Source of the DNA: Pelomyxa schiedti
Taxonomy: Eukaryota > Protista > Evosea
NCBI GenBank assembly: GCA_020536535.1
Contig: JAHLWZ010000053.1
Coordinates: 1-64,000 of the forward strand
Length of the DNA: 64,000 nt
Direction of reading: 5' to 3'
Shown here: in pieces, positions 1 through 11,566 of the stretch
How the letters are laid out: every line of letters begins with the position of its first letter
Position numbering within the stretch: the stretch's first letter is position 1
Notes under the pieces: generated by a model
The model's input: the letters and a program-made list of their open reading frames with translations, nothing else
What the model was told of the DNA's origin: nothing
The model's database searches: none
Program-made: the position numbers and the translations under genes

Positions 1-148
1 TGTGACTGATGCCGTTGAGGGCCAGCACCAATGCCCTCAGTTGGTCACAGGCACGTATTGTGGATGTAACAACGTAAACCTCTTGGTTCTGCGTCTTACA
101 AACCGAAGTGTGAGAAAAAAAATAATCAACAGACCGGAACGCTGTCAT
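1..148 (-). CDS. 5' end of a paralog of the 26090-27463 family gene (runs off the left window edge)
   Basis: Reverse strand from ATG at 148 reads MTAFRSVDYFFSHTSVCKTQNQEVYVVTSTIRACDQLRALVLALNGISH, identical from FFSHTS onward to ORF 26090..27463. Confidence 0.65.
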   Translation of the reverse strand, partial: MTAFRSVDYFFSHTSVCKTQNQEVYVVTSTIRACDQLRALVLALNGISH

Positions 149-746
149 TTTCGTTCTCATCGCAATGTTTCCGTTTGTGGTCTTGTGCCTTTGAACTCAC
201 TGTTGGGTTTGAACCGTTATGATCAGCAAAGGCAACATTGGCATTGCAGCTGCCAAATAAGGTGTTGGGGCATTTCTTTCCACACTATTAACACTGCCCC
301 ACCATAACTCTCTGCCCTCCCCAAAACGGTTAGTTACTCGACGTCGCTCACCACAGGCTTTTTTTTTTTTTGAGAAATGAATTTTTTCTATTCGCTACTA
401 TGTCGGCATCCCTTCTAACAACTATAGCCATATGCAGGTGACGCCTTTACGTTTGCGACCGATGTAGCTTTCCTGCTTTTACCGTCACTTTAAAAGACTT
501 TCTGTTTCGTGGTTTTTTTTTTGGCTTGCACCTACAATTGGAGGCATGGGGCCAATACAACTGACACATTTTACAAAGTTTTACAATTTACAGATATTTG
601 ACCTGTGTTGGTGGTCATTTCCAGGGAATGCAATGCAATGGTACTTCTTCCTATGCTTCCAGCCACGTTCTGAATGAGTGCTGTTAGTTGCGCTTACATA
701 CAGAAGTTCTCGTACACTTGAGGTTTTAGTCTCGGTCTTGACGGAG
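1..746. repeat. Segmental duplicate, copy 1 (of 27292-28047)
   Basis: Position 1 tgtgactgatgccgttgagggcc matches 27292; collinear with small indels up to gacggag (740-746 vs 28041-28047), where the N gap starts. Confidence 0.95.
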
Positions 747-846
747 NNNNNNNNNNNNNNNNNNNNNNNNNNNNNNNNNNNNNNNNNNNNNNNNNNNNNN
801 NNNNNNNNNNNNNNNNNNNNNNNNNNNNNNNNNNNNNNNNNNNNNN
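747..846. other. Assembly gap (100 N)
   Basis: Run of exactly 100 N, typical of a scaffold join of unknown size. Confidence 0.99.
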
Positions 847-1430
847 AAATGATCTCATCATCACCATCTTCCGCATAACAAACCGGACCGCCAACGCAAC
901 CTGTATACCCGTATATATCCACCCGAGTCTTTCCGCAACCAAACACTGCATAATCACCAGTTACATGAAAGGCAGACTTCCTCCCCCTGGTGTCTTGGCC
1001 TTCTCACCCAACCCAGCCAAAACTCTTGCAGCAATGCGGCATGGGATATCCAAAGCCTACACAATGACGTTGCAGGCACCAATGGCACTCTCAACTCTGC
1101 ACTTCTTCACTGATGCCACAACCGGCTTCGCCCTAGCCACGAATGTGGACCCCGGTCTCAGTCACAGAGCCTTATGACCAGCCCCCGTTTGCCCTGACGA
1201 AGACTATGATGGGATTCAAGTGATTCCAGCGTCTTCTGGGATGAATCACAAAACCTGGACGAGGACCCTCCCTTCACATACACTTTCATCACTCTTCTCA
1301 AACTCAGGATGACGAATGAGAGAGCACCCAGCACCACTTCCAGATACCAGATTTCATTTAACCTTCCCCAAAAGAACGAGTCAAAGAAAAAAAACCACAG
1401 AAAACATTCAAAAAAAAAAAAGCAAACGAG

Positions 1431-2709
1431 ATGACTTCGGCAGCTACAACGGACGAGAGACGACAATTTGTCGATGAACCAGAGGAAGAGGAGCGAGATC
1501 TGGCCAACGAGTACGCTGAGTGGTCCGGCGGTGTCGACGTTTCAAAGTACATTACGGCCGGATGGACCACGTCGATTTTCGCGAACCCCAGGAGATCTCT
1601 CAGACGCAGTCTGAATCGCAACAGCCGAGGGCTTGAGGCTGAGGAAGTTGGGCCGCCGTTATCGCCTGGAACTGGATCTCCCAGATCGGCGAGGGGATCC
1701 GACTCGCCCAAATCTTCTCCTCAGGCTTCGCCGCAGTCGCCGAAGTCTTCGCCCTCTGTGGCACAGCCTCCTCCCCAGTCAATGTTGTCCTCCCCTCTAT
1801 CTGTTCAGGACCAAGTGGATAATGCCGTATCACCAGGGGAGATTGTGGCCGTGGCGGTAGCTAAACCGTCACCTGGGGGATCCGCGGCCACATTGGCAAG
1901 GCCATCTATGCCTAGTTTGGAGTGGTTTGCAACGGCCCACAACCAGAAGATGATTGTTATAAATATGACCAATTTTTGGGAGAAGCTGCTTGCTGGTATG
2001 CTCACATTTTCGATACCTCCCATTACAACTTATTGTTTTCTTTTTTTTTTTTTTTTTCTTGTCCTTCCCTTTTAGATTTGAATACCTTCAGGGAAAACCC
2101 ACCAAGCAAAGTTTCATTGACTTTGAACGCTATTTCTTCTTTAATATACTTTAGGACAGTCACCATCAAACAAAGAAGATAATACGCAAATTCACTTCTC
2201 TTATGGAGTTTAAGCATAAAGGTGATGTTGAGTACAGTGTGGCTTGTTCTGCTGCCTCTGTTGCTGGTGTGTTCCTTTATTATAGGGCAATTTTGTAACC
2301 CTTGTTTTAGACGGGTTACTATTAATGGGATCAAGTGGCGGCTTTTTCAGTTCTATTGCTCATTACAGCGAACGCGTAGGAGAGCTGTTCCCTGGCCAAT
2401 TCGTTGGGCACAGCTCCTGTGATCTATGCCACGTACACTTTACTCTTACCATTCCCCCTTTCTAGCACATAGAACTATATATCCCGTTTTGTAACTTACA
2501 AGTACATACAGACCAAATTTGGGCCAATAACAAGGCGGCATTCATGCCGAATGTGTGGGGCCTCAGTCTGTTCTGACTGCCGACAGGTGGGCTTGACACT
2601 TTTCTACCGAGACTGCTTCTTTTTCGGTACCACGGTATGTAACGCCTGCAACGTGAAAGAGTTCAAGGAAGTTACTGATGTGCCTTCGACATCATTGTCA
2701 TCCCACTAG
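1431..2709 (+). CDS. Ser/Pro-rich protein with a C-terminal FYVE-type zinc finger (spliced)
   Basis: Spliced C-terminus reads CDLCH|YIQTKFGPITRRHSCRMCGASVCSDCRQVGLTLFYRDCFFFGTTVCNAC...SH*. This gives 8 Cys in FYVE spacing; stop TAG at 2707-2709. Confidence 0.7.
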
Positions 2710-2935
2710 TACCCACCCTTTTGTACAATCCTATATTGGAACAAATACAAACTTGTATTTCTTTATCGTTATACACTACTGTACTGCTGCATCCTCAACA
2801 GCCAGATCCGTCGTTCCATTCTTAGAGAGAAATTCTCAATATCTGGGACTCACGGAAACAAAACGATGAACGAAAAAAGAAAAGAAAAAGAAAAAAAAAC
2901 AAAGTTTCGTAAGATCTCATCTCTAGCACTAATAA

Positions 2936-5900
2936 ATGAGTGGACGGGGGAGACGAGGAGGATCTCACGTGGGAGATGAGGCCAAGAGTAACCTGTGTGC
3001 GGTTGTGGCTCTGTTACCTGAGTCTATGTATCACAGAGTACAACACCTAAGGGCGGTACATGACAAGTCCTTTGAGAGATGGTGCTTTACATCATCCTTT
3101 TTTTTTTTTTTTCACGTTCATTTTTTTGGAAAAAACCATATTTGCTAACTTACTGCTCTTACTCTTTTCACATCACAGGCCACCACACATTAATTTGTGA
3201 GTTTTCATTGTTATGGTGTTCATTTATTCCAATACCAATGTGACACAGATTGTATCCTTTTGTAAATGTAGAGGACATACCAACTGCTGTACCAAAACTT
3301 GCAGCGGCAGTGGCCACTACGAGTCCATTTGAAGTGTGCTTGGAGAACTTTTCGTACTTTCCACATAAAAACTCATTTACAATGTGGCTGGATCCTAAGG
3401 TGAGCCTTAATGATGTTACCACCGTTCAATGTGATCCTCATTTCGGGCTCAGCCTCACAAAGAAGTAATTTCCCTCCAAGCACGCTTGGAAAATGCTATT
3501 CCTATTTGCAATGATCTCTCCACAATTTCTGATGACGGATTTCATCCTCATGTATCAGTTGGGCAATGGGTATCTAAGGTAACCACTACCGTATAAACGA
3601 ATATTGAATCCTTTTAATTAAACTACACCTTTCAGGAAGCTCTCCTTCAGCAACTGGCTGACTTCAACTCACAGTGGACACCATTTTCTTTCACCATCTC
3701 TGCAATTTCTGTTATTACAAGACACACAAATGACTCATTCTCTGTCATATATAATATTCCATTTGGAGGAACACCCCAACGTGTAGCACAGGTTTTAAGA
3801 AACGCAAGGGGTTCTTTACCTGAAGCTGACACTAACTAGGCTCCATATTGTCCTTCTATACCACTGAGCCCTACTTATAAGTTTCATCCAATAACTAAAA
3901 AGTGGGAACCACTTGAAAATGGGGCATCTGTATCTCCTACTATTTTACCTTCAAACACAACAGCCTGTACATCCTCTTCCGAGACCAGGCCTAGTTCTAC
4001 TGTGACGACCACAGCCACCTCTACTACTACAAGTTCCACTACAGCACAGGACACAACAGCACCTAACAGACTTCGACTTGTCACATATAATGTTCTCTTT
4101 GACTTGTACGATGCAGAGTTAATCTACACAACTGATAGAATTCCTGCTGAGTTGTTACTGCTAAAGTAGAACAAATGCCTTGTTTTTTCTTGATAATTAC
4201 TGAGCCTCAGGAATACAAATGCCGATATTATTGGATTACAAGAAGTGACTCCGAATTTTTTACGCAGTATCCAAGCTTCCTTATATATATAAGATAAATG
4301 AATCAATCGATGAAAGCTAATCCATTCAAAGACTTGTTGGAACAAGATTGGGTTCGGCAAAATTACTACGTTTCAGATTCCCCAGCAAGTGCCACAATCC
4401 CATCCTACAGTCAAGTCCTACTCTCCAAATTCCCGTTCTCGACATCAATTCAAAGGTATGTCAAAAAATAATGGGGGAGACCAACAACTATCAGGCACTC
4501 CCTCTTTAAGAGAACACTTGTTGGAGACTTCAACATTTTTGGGCGAATATTACGAGTTAGTGTTGTGCATCTCACCAGTGACTACCAGCTCAAGAAAGAG
4601 AGTGGAGTAAACGTTAAACAACGCCGGAATGAACAATTAAATATTGTTTTCAACAATACACCTGGGAATTATAATGACATGGTTGCACTTTTTTCTTTCC
4701 TGCTGATCTAACAAAGTCAACTCAGATTGTCATGGGTGACTTTAATTTTGGGGAACGTGAAGGACTTGATGCAATAGATACCAAATTCTTTGATGTGTGG
4801 CAGGTTTTATTCCCCTCAAATTTCTATCTAGGATCTGTCATAACTGGAAACCTAGGCTGTGTGTCCTCAAGATCCCGGTTTTACTTTCGATCCCAGCCTC
4901 AATCCAACAGCTTGTCTTACCTCTGTGAAACCCCTCCCTGCTCGCTTTGATCGGATTCTGGTTCATTCTTTGCCCTCTTCTGGGAACTCTGCTTCTACAA
5001 ATAACTACCACTGGATTGCCAAGTCATGCTCTATGTTTGGAAAAGAAGCCTGCTTGACACTAGTAATTCTAAACTTTGTCCATTTTTGTTCCAACCTGTG
5101 CACAGTTTAACGGAAATGAAATCTTTCCCTCGGACCACTTTGGTGTGATTGGAGACTTGGAACTTGTTAAGGCTTCTGGAGATAATTTGACATTGTCAAA
5201 TCATCTCTCCCTAGAGCAGTATGGTACCCTCCTCGTAAACCGAATTATAACTCTGTGCAGATATCTCCAATTAGCTAAAGTATCTGAAACCGCAGAAGGA
5301 GCATCGAAGTACGAAAAATAACTTTAATTTGCATTTCAAATGATTTCCTCGTAGGCGGGAAAGTGCCATGGCGATTTTACAGCAATGCAGTCAGAAGTCT
5401 GATCCACCCGTGCAGCTTCTTGTAATTGGATCGTGTCTACTTGGTTGGGTTCCTTTGAATTTAGACAAACCACTCATATTCTTTGTAGGAGTGCAAGGAC
5501 AAGATACTGATATCGACTGTGTATGTGTTGGTGAGGTTCCAAAAGAACTATTCCTCACGAGGTTCGTTGAAACTCTGGTTGTCAACCCAAATATTCAGAA
5601 TGTAAAGGTATGCCTTCCACTACAAGCCTTTCTGAACTAAATTCAAACACTTAGTTAATTGCTGATGCACTGATTCCTGTTATAAGAATGAGGGTTCTAG
5701 GTTTTCAAGTTGAAATGCAATATGCCCATGTGCCAGGAGCTGCTGGTATTAACTTCAATACAGTAAATCCAGCCTCTATTTCTTGCGATTCCACAAGCCA
5801 GCTTTGTCTAAATGGTTCCTCTATGACAACTCCCAAGTGTTTCTTACATGAATTAGCATATTTCGACACCCTGTTCCTTCTCAAATCCATTAGTGATAAA

Positions 5901-7662
5901 GGATTATTTTCCTCTGTTCTCCGTGCAGTGAGACTGTGGGCCAAGGGTATGCCTGAAATAACGTTCTCTTTCCTCATCAATCAAGTTCGTGGATTATATT
6001 CAAACCGGTTGGGTTTCTTGGGAGGCTTTGCTTGGTCTTTACTTACTGCCAGAATATGCCAGGTTCCACTTCTCATGTGATATAAGCATCTCTGAGCCTC
6101 ATAGGTATCTCCAAACGATGATGCAGAAAAAGTTTTTGCAAAGTTCTTTACACTGTACTCCTCATGGAATTTTGCAGCCACACCTGTCACAATGATCGGG
6201 ACCTCTATTTCTCCCAAAAATGTATGGTGTATTTAGGGTTTTTCCCCACTAATATTTACCGAATAAGACCCCTGGCGAATTTATCCATGTGATGACGCCC
6301 ACCAAACCCTCCGTCAATGTTTGCAGAAACTCCACTAAATCAAACACAACTATACTGGTGGAAGAGTTTCAACGTGCCAAGTTTGATTGCAATCCTTCAA
6401 TCGTTTATTTAAATCACAAAAGAGACACTGTGAGACTTGTTCCATGGCATGAATTCTTCCAACCGTGGAATCCAGATCACGAGTTCTATGTACAAATCAC
6501 GTTAGCTGCCGGAAGTAGGGCTGAACTTATATCATGGTCCAACCACCTCGCTTATTTGAGTAATATGAACATCTTTCAGGGTGGGGCGTGTGGAGTCCCG
6601 CATTGTTTCTCTTGTAAAGCAATTGGAACAAGCAGCACCTGATCTTATTGTTCATCCCCTCACAACTCGTTACCATTCACAAATAGACCCTGATGCCTGT
6701 TTGTACTTGATAGGGTTAAGACGAACAAAGAAGGTAAAGGAAAGTTCTCGTACATTCCTAATTGACTAAGTTCAAAAAAGGGCGCTTCTATCGAGTCATT
6801 GGACCTTCTTCCTGCTATCCAGAAATTCGAGTATGAAATGGCCAGGGACGGAGGTGGTTGGGCAGAAAAAAGTATTACAATGTCCATACTTGCAAAGCTG
6901 CTCCCTAAGTTTCTATTCCTCAACCGTTTTTTCCATTTTGAAAACTTTCCAAACGTAGGGCAGAAAGTGCAATAGTGAGATTTCCTCGATTATTCCTAGA
7001 TAGTGAACTTCATGACTATGATGCGGAAAATGATTCATCTTGTATGCAGTGTACCCTCTGTAAGAAAATACCTTATCCATAACTCTGGCACAGATTGCGA
7101 CCGGCAGCGGGGCCTAAAAGCGGACTCTCATGAGGCACATGAAAGAAGGCAGCCAAGGGGAAAGACCCCACCGTCACGTAAAGGCAAAGCCGCTGCCACC
7201 TCCGCTGTCCCTGTAGCGACTGCCGCCGTACCATCACCCAAAAATTCAGCAGCAACGGCGACCACAGCAGCAACTGCCACAAAGGCAACAAAAGTAAGTG
7301 GCACAAAATCCAAGGGTGCAGCACCACCACCAGAAAAGAAAAAATTGAGGACTTCAGAAGATGTTTTCAACAGGATCAAGTGGGATCCAACCTTCAACTT
7401 GAATGAGTTCACCATGTGCTATGAAGATAGATTCCTTGGTAACCCTACTCACATCCATTTCATTTTAAATGGTTAACGACAATTAATAGGCCTCATGGAA
7501 GTCCCCGTGAATGAGTTCGACATGGAGAACATACCTTTTCATCGTGTGTGGCTGTTCAAGAGAAACGGGGAGATCGTGTGGGACCGCGAGAAACGGATAG
7601 ACGTTCTGTTCAGGTTCCTTTCTCCTTCCAAAAAGTCTTCACTCACTTCCCCCACAGTTAAA
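2936..7662 (+). CDS. Multidomain RNA-end processing protein: 2H phosphoesterase + EEP phosphatase/nuclease + poly(A)-polymerase-like nucleotidyltransferase + MJ1316/DUF504 domain
   Basis: 2H motifs WPPHINL and FHPHVSVG. EEP motifs LVTYNVLFD, IIGLQEV, VMGDFN, RFDRILV, FPSDHFGV. PAP motifs GSCLLG...DTDIDC, LRAVRLWAK..RGLYSNRLGFLGGFAW, WSGRVESRI. C-terminal LRTSEDVFNRIKWD...YEDRFLG..IPFHRVWLF..NGEIVWDREKRID. Confidence 0.85.
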
Positions 7663-8152
7663 CGTACACACTTCCGCATCCGTCGTATGAACGACCATTT
7701 TTGTGATTCTATCTATTTTTAAAAAAAATCATGCTTTTTCTGAAATGCCATTTCTGTGCAATAGTTGTTAGTTTTAATCAGAACGAGACCGGGTAACTGT
7801 CGCGGTCTGGAGGTTTGCGTGGTGGGGGAATGTGAGCGAGTTACTGCCTGTGTGATGTTCAGGAATCAGTGATTACGCTCGCTCAAGCCCCGTTTGCAAT
7901 TCACGAAGAACGAGGCATGTCGCGGGTGTCTTGATTGTAGCAGTCGTTCAGCCGATGTAGTGCCGTCAGAACGTAATGGCAAGGCGTCGACGCGGTGCCT
8001 CAACTACTTACGACATTGAAAATGGCTGCACAAAACGGGTTAAGATGTCGTTGCAACGCACGAACGCATTTAATGGACGTTCTTTCTTTTCTCTTTTTTT
8101 TACCCAAAAACCAACAAGTACTCGGCAACACCTCACCAAAAACAGTTCGCAA

Positions 8153-8851
8153 ATGGCAGATCAGGGAGAAAAACCATCGCCACCGCCTTATGCTGCGGCT
8201 TCCTCTCCGTTTTATTTGTCTTACGACGGAATAGCACCGTCTGGCTCCTCGTTTTATCAAGACTCCTCTAATATGCTAGGGCTACAAGAATCCAACGTGT
8301 TTCCACAACCAAATGGTCTGAACCTTACGGCGGAGACTACGTTTCCTTACACTGGCACATACGGGCAAGGGCAAATTCTATGTTCCACGTCATCCGGTTT
8401 GGCGAATACACAGCAAGGTGTTGGCACATCTTCTTTTCAACTCCCGCCATCGCAGCTTCCCTTAGTTCCGCCAATCAACGCCCCATCTACAAGTGGTAGG
8501 AAACATAAGAAGCAAAGTTCCGTGGAGAATGACGCTCAAAATCCTCTCGTCATGGGTCTGTTGAATCTCCTCCAGAAACAAATGGACCAACACAATACGC
8601 ATATCGAGAGATCACTGCAACTAGTCTCAACAGTGGTCAATTGCAACCACCGCCAGTCCCGTATCATTGACAATCTTACACGTAGGAAGAGGCTGCCAGA
8701 CCCCAGTCCCTCTCCCCTCACCAACCCTGAAGACAGTTACGAAAATTCTGACTCTGAGTCTGAACAGTTCAATGATGTTGGGGAGATTGCCCGTCGACCT
8801 GCGATGAAGAAGCCTCGACATCTGGCACCACCATCCAACAAAAGTTCTTAA
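8153..8851 (+). CDS. Intronless hypothetical protein with basic motif and helical/coiled-coil segment (ORF open from 7976)
   Basis: Uninterrupted ORF; ATG at 8153 follows an A-rich leader; contains GRKHKKQ and GLLNLLQKQMDQH...QSRIIDNL. Confidence 0.55.
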   Translation: MADQGEKPSPPPYAAASSPFYLSYDGIAPSGSSFYQDSSNMLGLQESNVFPQPNGLNLTAETTFPYTGTYGQGQILCSTSSGLANTQQGVGTSSFQLPPSQLPLVPPINAPSTSGRKHKKQSSVENDAQNPLVMGLLNLLQKQMDQHNTHIERSLQLVSTVVNCNHRQSRIIDNLTRRKRLPDPSPSPLTNPEDSYENSDSESEQFNDVGEIARRPAMKKPRHLAPPSNKSS

Positions 8852-9121
8852 AACAATCAAATAGAACCCATTACCTCGCATAACCGAGATTTTGTGGGAG
8901 ATTGTGTGGAACCATGTATTTTTGAATTCTTCGAAACACAAATACCTCCTTTTTTGAAAAAAAAAACCTGGTGATAATGAAGATAATGAGAAAAAAATTA
9001 AAAAAATTAAAAAAATTGTTCCTCGTACAAAAACAAAAGAAAAACCTTGATTTTTTTTTCTTCCTTTCTTCTGCTTATAAACAACCCAAGAAAAACAATA
9101 AAATGCCATAACAACATTCCC

Positions 9122-9559
9122 ATGCCCGTGTCTACTTCTGAGCCGGCCGCAGTAGCGCCCAATACCCACGTGCACGTTCGCCTTCACTTTGGCCCTCGCA
9201 GCCAGGCTCCACCACCGTCGCCCTCGGCCGACGTCACCCAGGCTGCAGACCCACCCGTTGCCTCTCGCAAACGTAAGCGCCTTCACTGCCGCGCGCTACG
9301 TCGCTCCACGGCGCCCTACACGATGGCTACGACGCCGCCCGCCTCGGGTGACCACGACGGGGGCACTGCTAACACGGGCGCGGAGAAGGGAGCCTACGAC
9401 ACCGAGTGTATAGCACGGCTGCAAGGCTTGCAACGTACGATGCTGGTCAACCATGAGCGCACGACGGCGAGCTTCAAGGCAATTCTTGACACCCTTACCG
9501 GGATACATGAGGAGCAATCTCGTGTCATTGCCAGGCTGTTGGCAGAAACACCGCCTTGA
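9122..9559 (+). CDS. Intronless GC-rich hypothetical protein, distant relative of 8153-8851
   Basis: Uninterrupted ORF after an A-rich leader; contains RKRKR and RLQGLQRTMLVNH...QSRVIARL. Confidence 0.55.
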   Translation: MPVSTSEPAAVAPNTHVHVRLHFGPRSQAPPPSPSADVTQAADPPVASRKRKRLHCRALRRSTAPYTMATTPPASGDHDGGTANTGAEKGAYDTECIARLQGLQRTMLVNHERTTASFKAILDTLTGIHEEQSRVIARLLAETPP

Positions 9560-10049
9560 GAACCTATGCTCGACTCCGCTGTATTGTCAATAGATGTAAC
9601 TCTGCACCGGCAGAAAGAATATATAAAATTAGCGTCCAACACTTTTTTTTGTTTCAAGAGGGATGCATGGTTATGTTGTGCACGGTGTTTTTGTCGGAAT
9701 ACTGGTTTAATAGTTGGTTTTCCGTAGTAATCTTGGAGTCCCGTGCTGGAACTCTGCGTTGTTGTGAGATAGACCAGACACGGAGGCTTCCGATCACTTC
9801 TGAGTAACTGATAGGTAGCATCAGATTAGTCACTGGCATTGCTTGCGGCGTTAACATCGCTCTAGTGGCACAGAACACAATAGTTCGGTGTGTTCTGCAG
9901 TTGTTTTCCTCAGTCGAGGTTTCCCCTGAGGTTCTAAATTCATCGAGAAGAGAACGGAAAAGCTTCGAAAATAAAAAAAAGGAGATCACAAAAATTTTGT
10001 TCAACACATAAGCACGCGCAGCACCACACACCCGGCATACTTGGTATCA

Positions 10050-11381
10050 ATGAAGTGCGGACTATTGGTCGCTTTGGCGTTGGTCGTGGTCGCTGTTGCC
10101 GAGCACCCCGCTTTCTTATGGTCATCAACTGAGTGAGTTTTTTTTTTCTTTTTTTCTTTTTTGTTGTTGGTGGTGGGCGGTTCCGTTTTAATTGTATCCG
10201 CAATATTCACTTTTGTAGACAATTTAATACACATCAAGACATGCACCTCAAGGCCTTCGCCCCAGAAGATGTTGTTTCTGCTGTTATGGAACACAGTGGT
10301 GATGCCGTCAACGTTTTCTTTACGGCTCCGGTACAACTGAGAGAATATAATAGTCTCTGTAACGCATTTTAGTTAACAACAGAGAAACTCGTGGCGGCAT
10401 ATCGCTGTGGTTTACTAAGCTCTTTCAAGGTAACCCTAGTCTTCATTTAAACATTTCTCAGTGGTCACAAGGACTCACTTTCGGGAGCTACCTCTCACGT
10501 CGAAATTATCGATGTTTTGGGTGATGTACAACTTGCTTCTCCATTTGATGTAGTTGCCTTGCCGGGCTCTTCACCAAGTACGTGTGGTCACCGATTTTTT
10601 TTCACGAGTTTTCTAACCGTCACACAGAATGCTCTGAGGGTGGAAAGACTTTGGAGTCTGTTGTAAGTGACGGTGCCTTACCACCAAAACCAACCCTTTT
10701 TTCCCCAAGGACTTTACGACTGTAAACACCCTCAAAGTATGCCTCCCAGTTTCTGAAAGTGTGTGGGATTCCAACACATGCCCTGAGGATGTGTCACCAA
10801 TGGGTACAACTTTGGCACTTTCAAAATTTGTTTAACATTCTTAAGTTGAAGGAATCTTCACAATAATTTCTGCCATTAAGGCAAACAACCGCGATTTTGT
10901 TGCAGCACTTGTTCCCCTCGATGTTGTACTACCCGTACATTGTTTAATATCTAAATTCGTTTTTTTAGGAGCCCAAAGACAAAGTGGAAGAGCTGATTGA
11001 GAAGGTTGACCAAGTTGAGGCCGTGAAAGAAGAGGTGGAGAAAGTTGAAGAGGTTGTTGAAAAAGTTGCTGAAGTTGAGGAGAGGGTTGAGCGGGTGGAA
11101 AAAGTTGCCCAACCTCAATTTGTGAGACCAAGAAGGAACCTCCGTTCGACCTATAGCAGTTCAGATGACAATTCAACAACTGCCACTGTAAGAACACCTT
11201 CCAATCACTTTTCCATTGTCTAACACGATTGCCCCAGATATGGAGCACTGGGTTTGTTGCTGGTGGCATGATTACCATTGTCTTGTTGATTGTACTTGGG
11301 TTCGGATGGTCATTCCTGTTCTCCATGCAGACACAAGCAGAGCAGAGCAAGCTTGAACTCCCCAAAGCCAAGACATCCTAA
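10050..11381 (+). CDS. Type I membrane protein, V-ATPase accessory subunit S1 (Ac45/Voa1)-like (spliced)
   Basis: Signal peptide MKCGLLVALALVVVAVAEHPAFLWSS; C-terminal IWSTGFVAGGMITIVLLIVLGFGWSFLFSMQTQ...* resembles the Ac45/Voa1 TM-tail pattern. Similarity is from memory, not a search. Confidence 0.5.
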
Positions 11382-11566
11382 ACACAATTTTTTTAAATAA
11401 AATCACCATTCTATACACCTTCCTTCTTTTTTACAACGTTGTTTAGCACAAATTTCCCTTTTGCAGTTGCACTAACAGATTAAATTGCCATTTCTTTTTA
11501 ATCTGATCATCACGGTGCTGCGAGTGCTACCGGGCCATCCCCCACTCAACACCCACAATTCGTAAA

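Noticed and set aside
581-957. ORFs spanning the N run
   Set aside because: Artefacts of translating through a 100-N scaffold gap; the two sides need not be contiguous.
847-1400. Coding-like segment after the gap, with same-frame TGA at 1175-1177 suggesting read-through or Sec
   Set aside because: No recognisable domain on either strand, several frames partly open, and exon structure unresolved. TGA is an ordinary stop in RAD23, the GyrI-like gene and others, so there is no support for recoding.
7833-7885. SECIS or box C/D interpretation of the hairpin (GTGA...AA...GA)
   Set aside because: Spacing is too short for a SECIS, there is no clean CTGA box D, and the upstream gene has no in-frame TGA.
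7750-10000. Autonomous transposon or endogenous virus
   Set aside because: No transposase, integrase, RT or capsid motifs, and no terminal repeats or target-site duplication seen.
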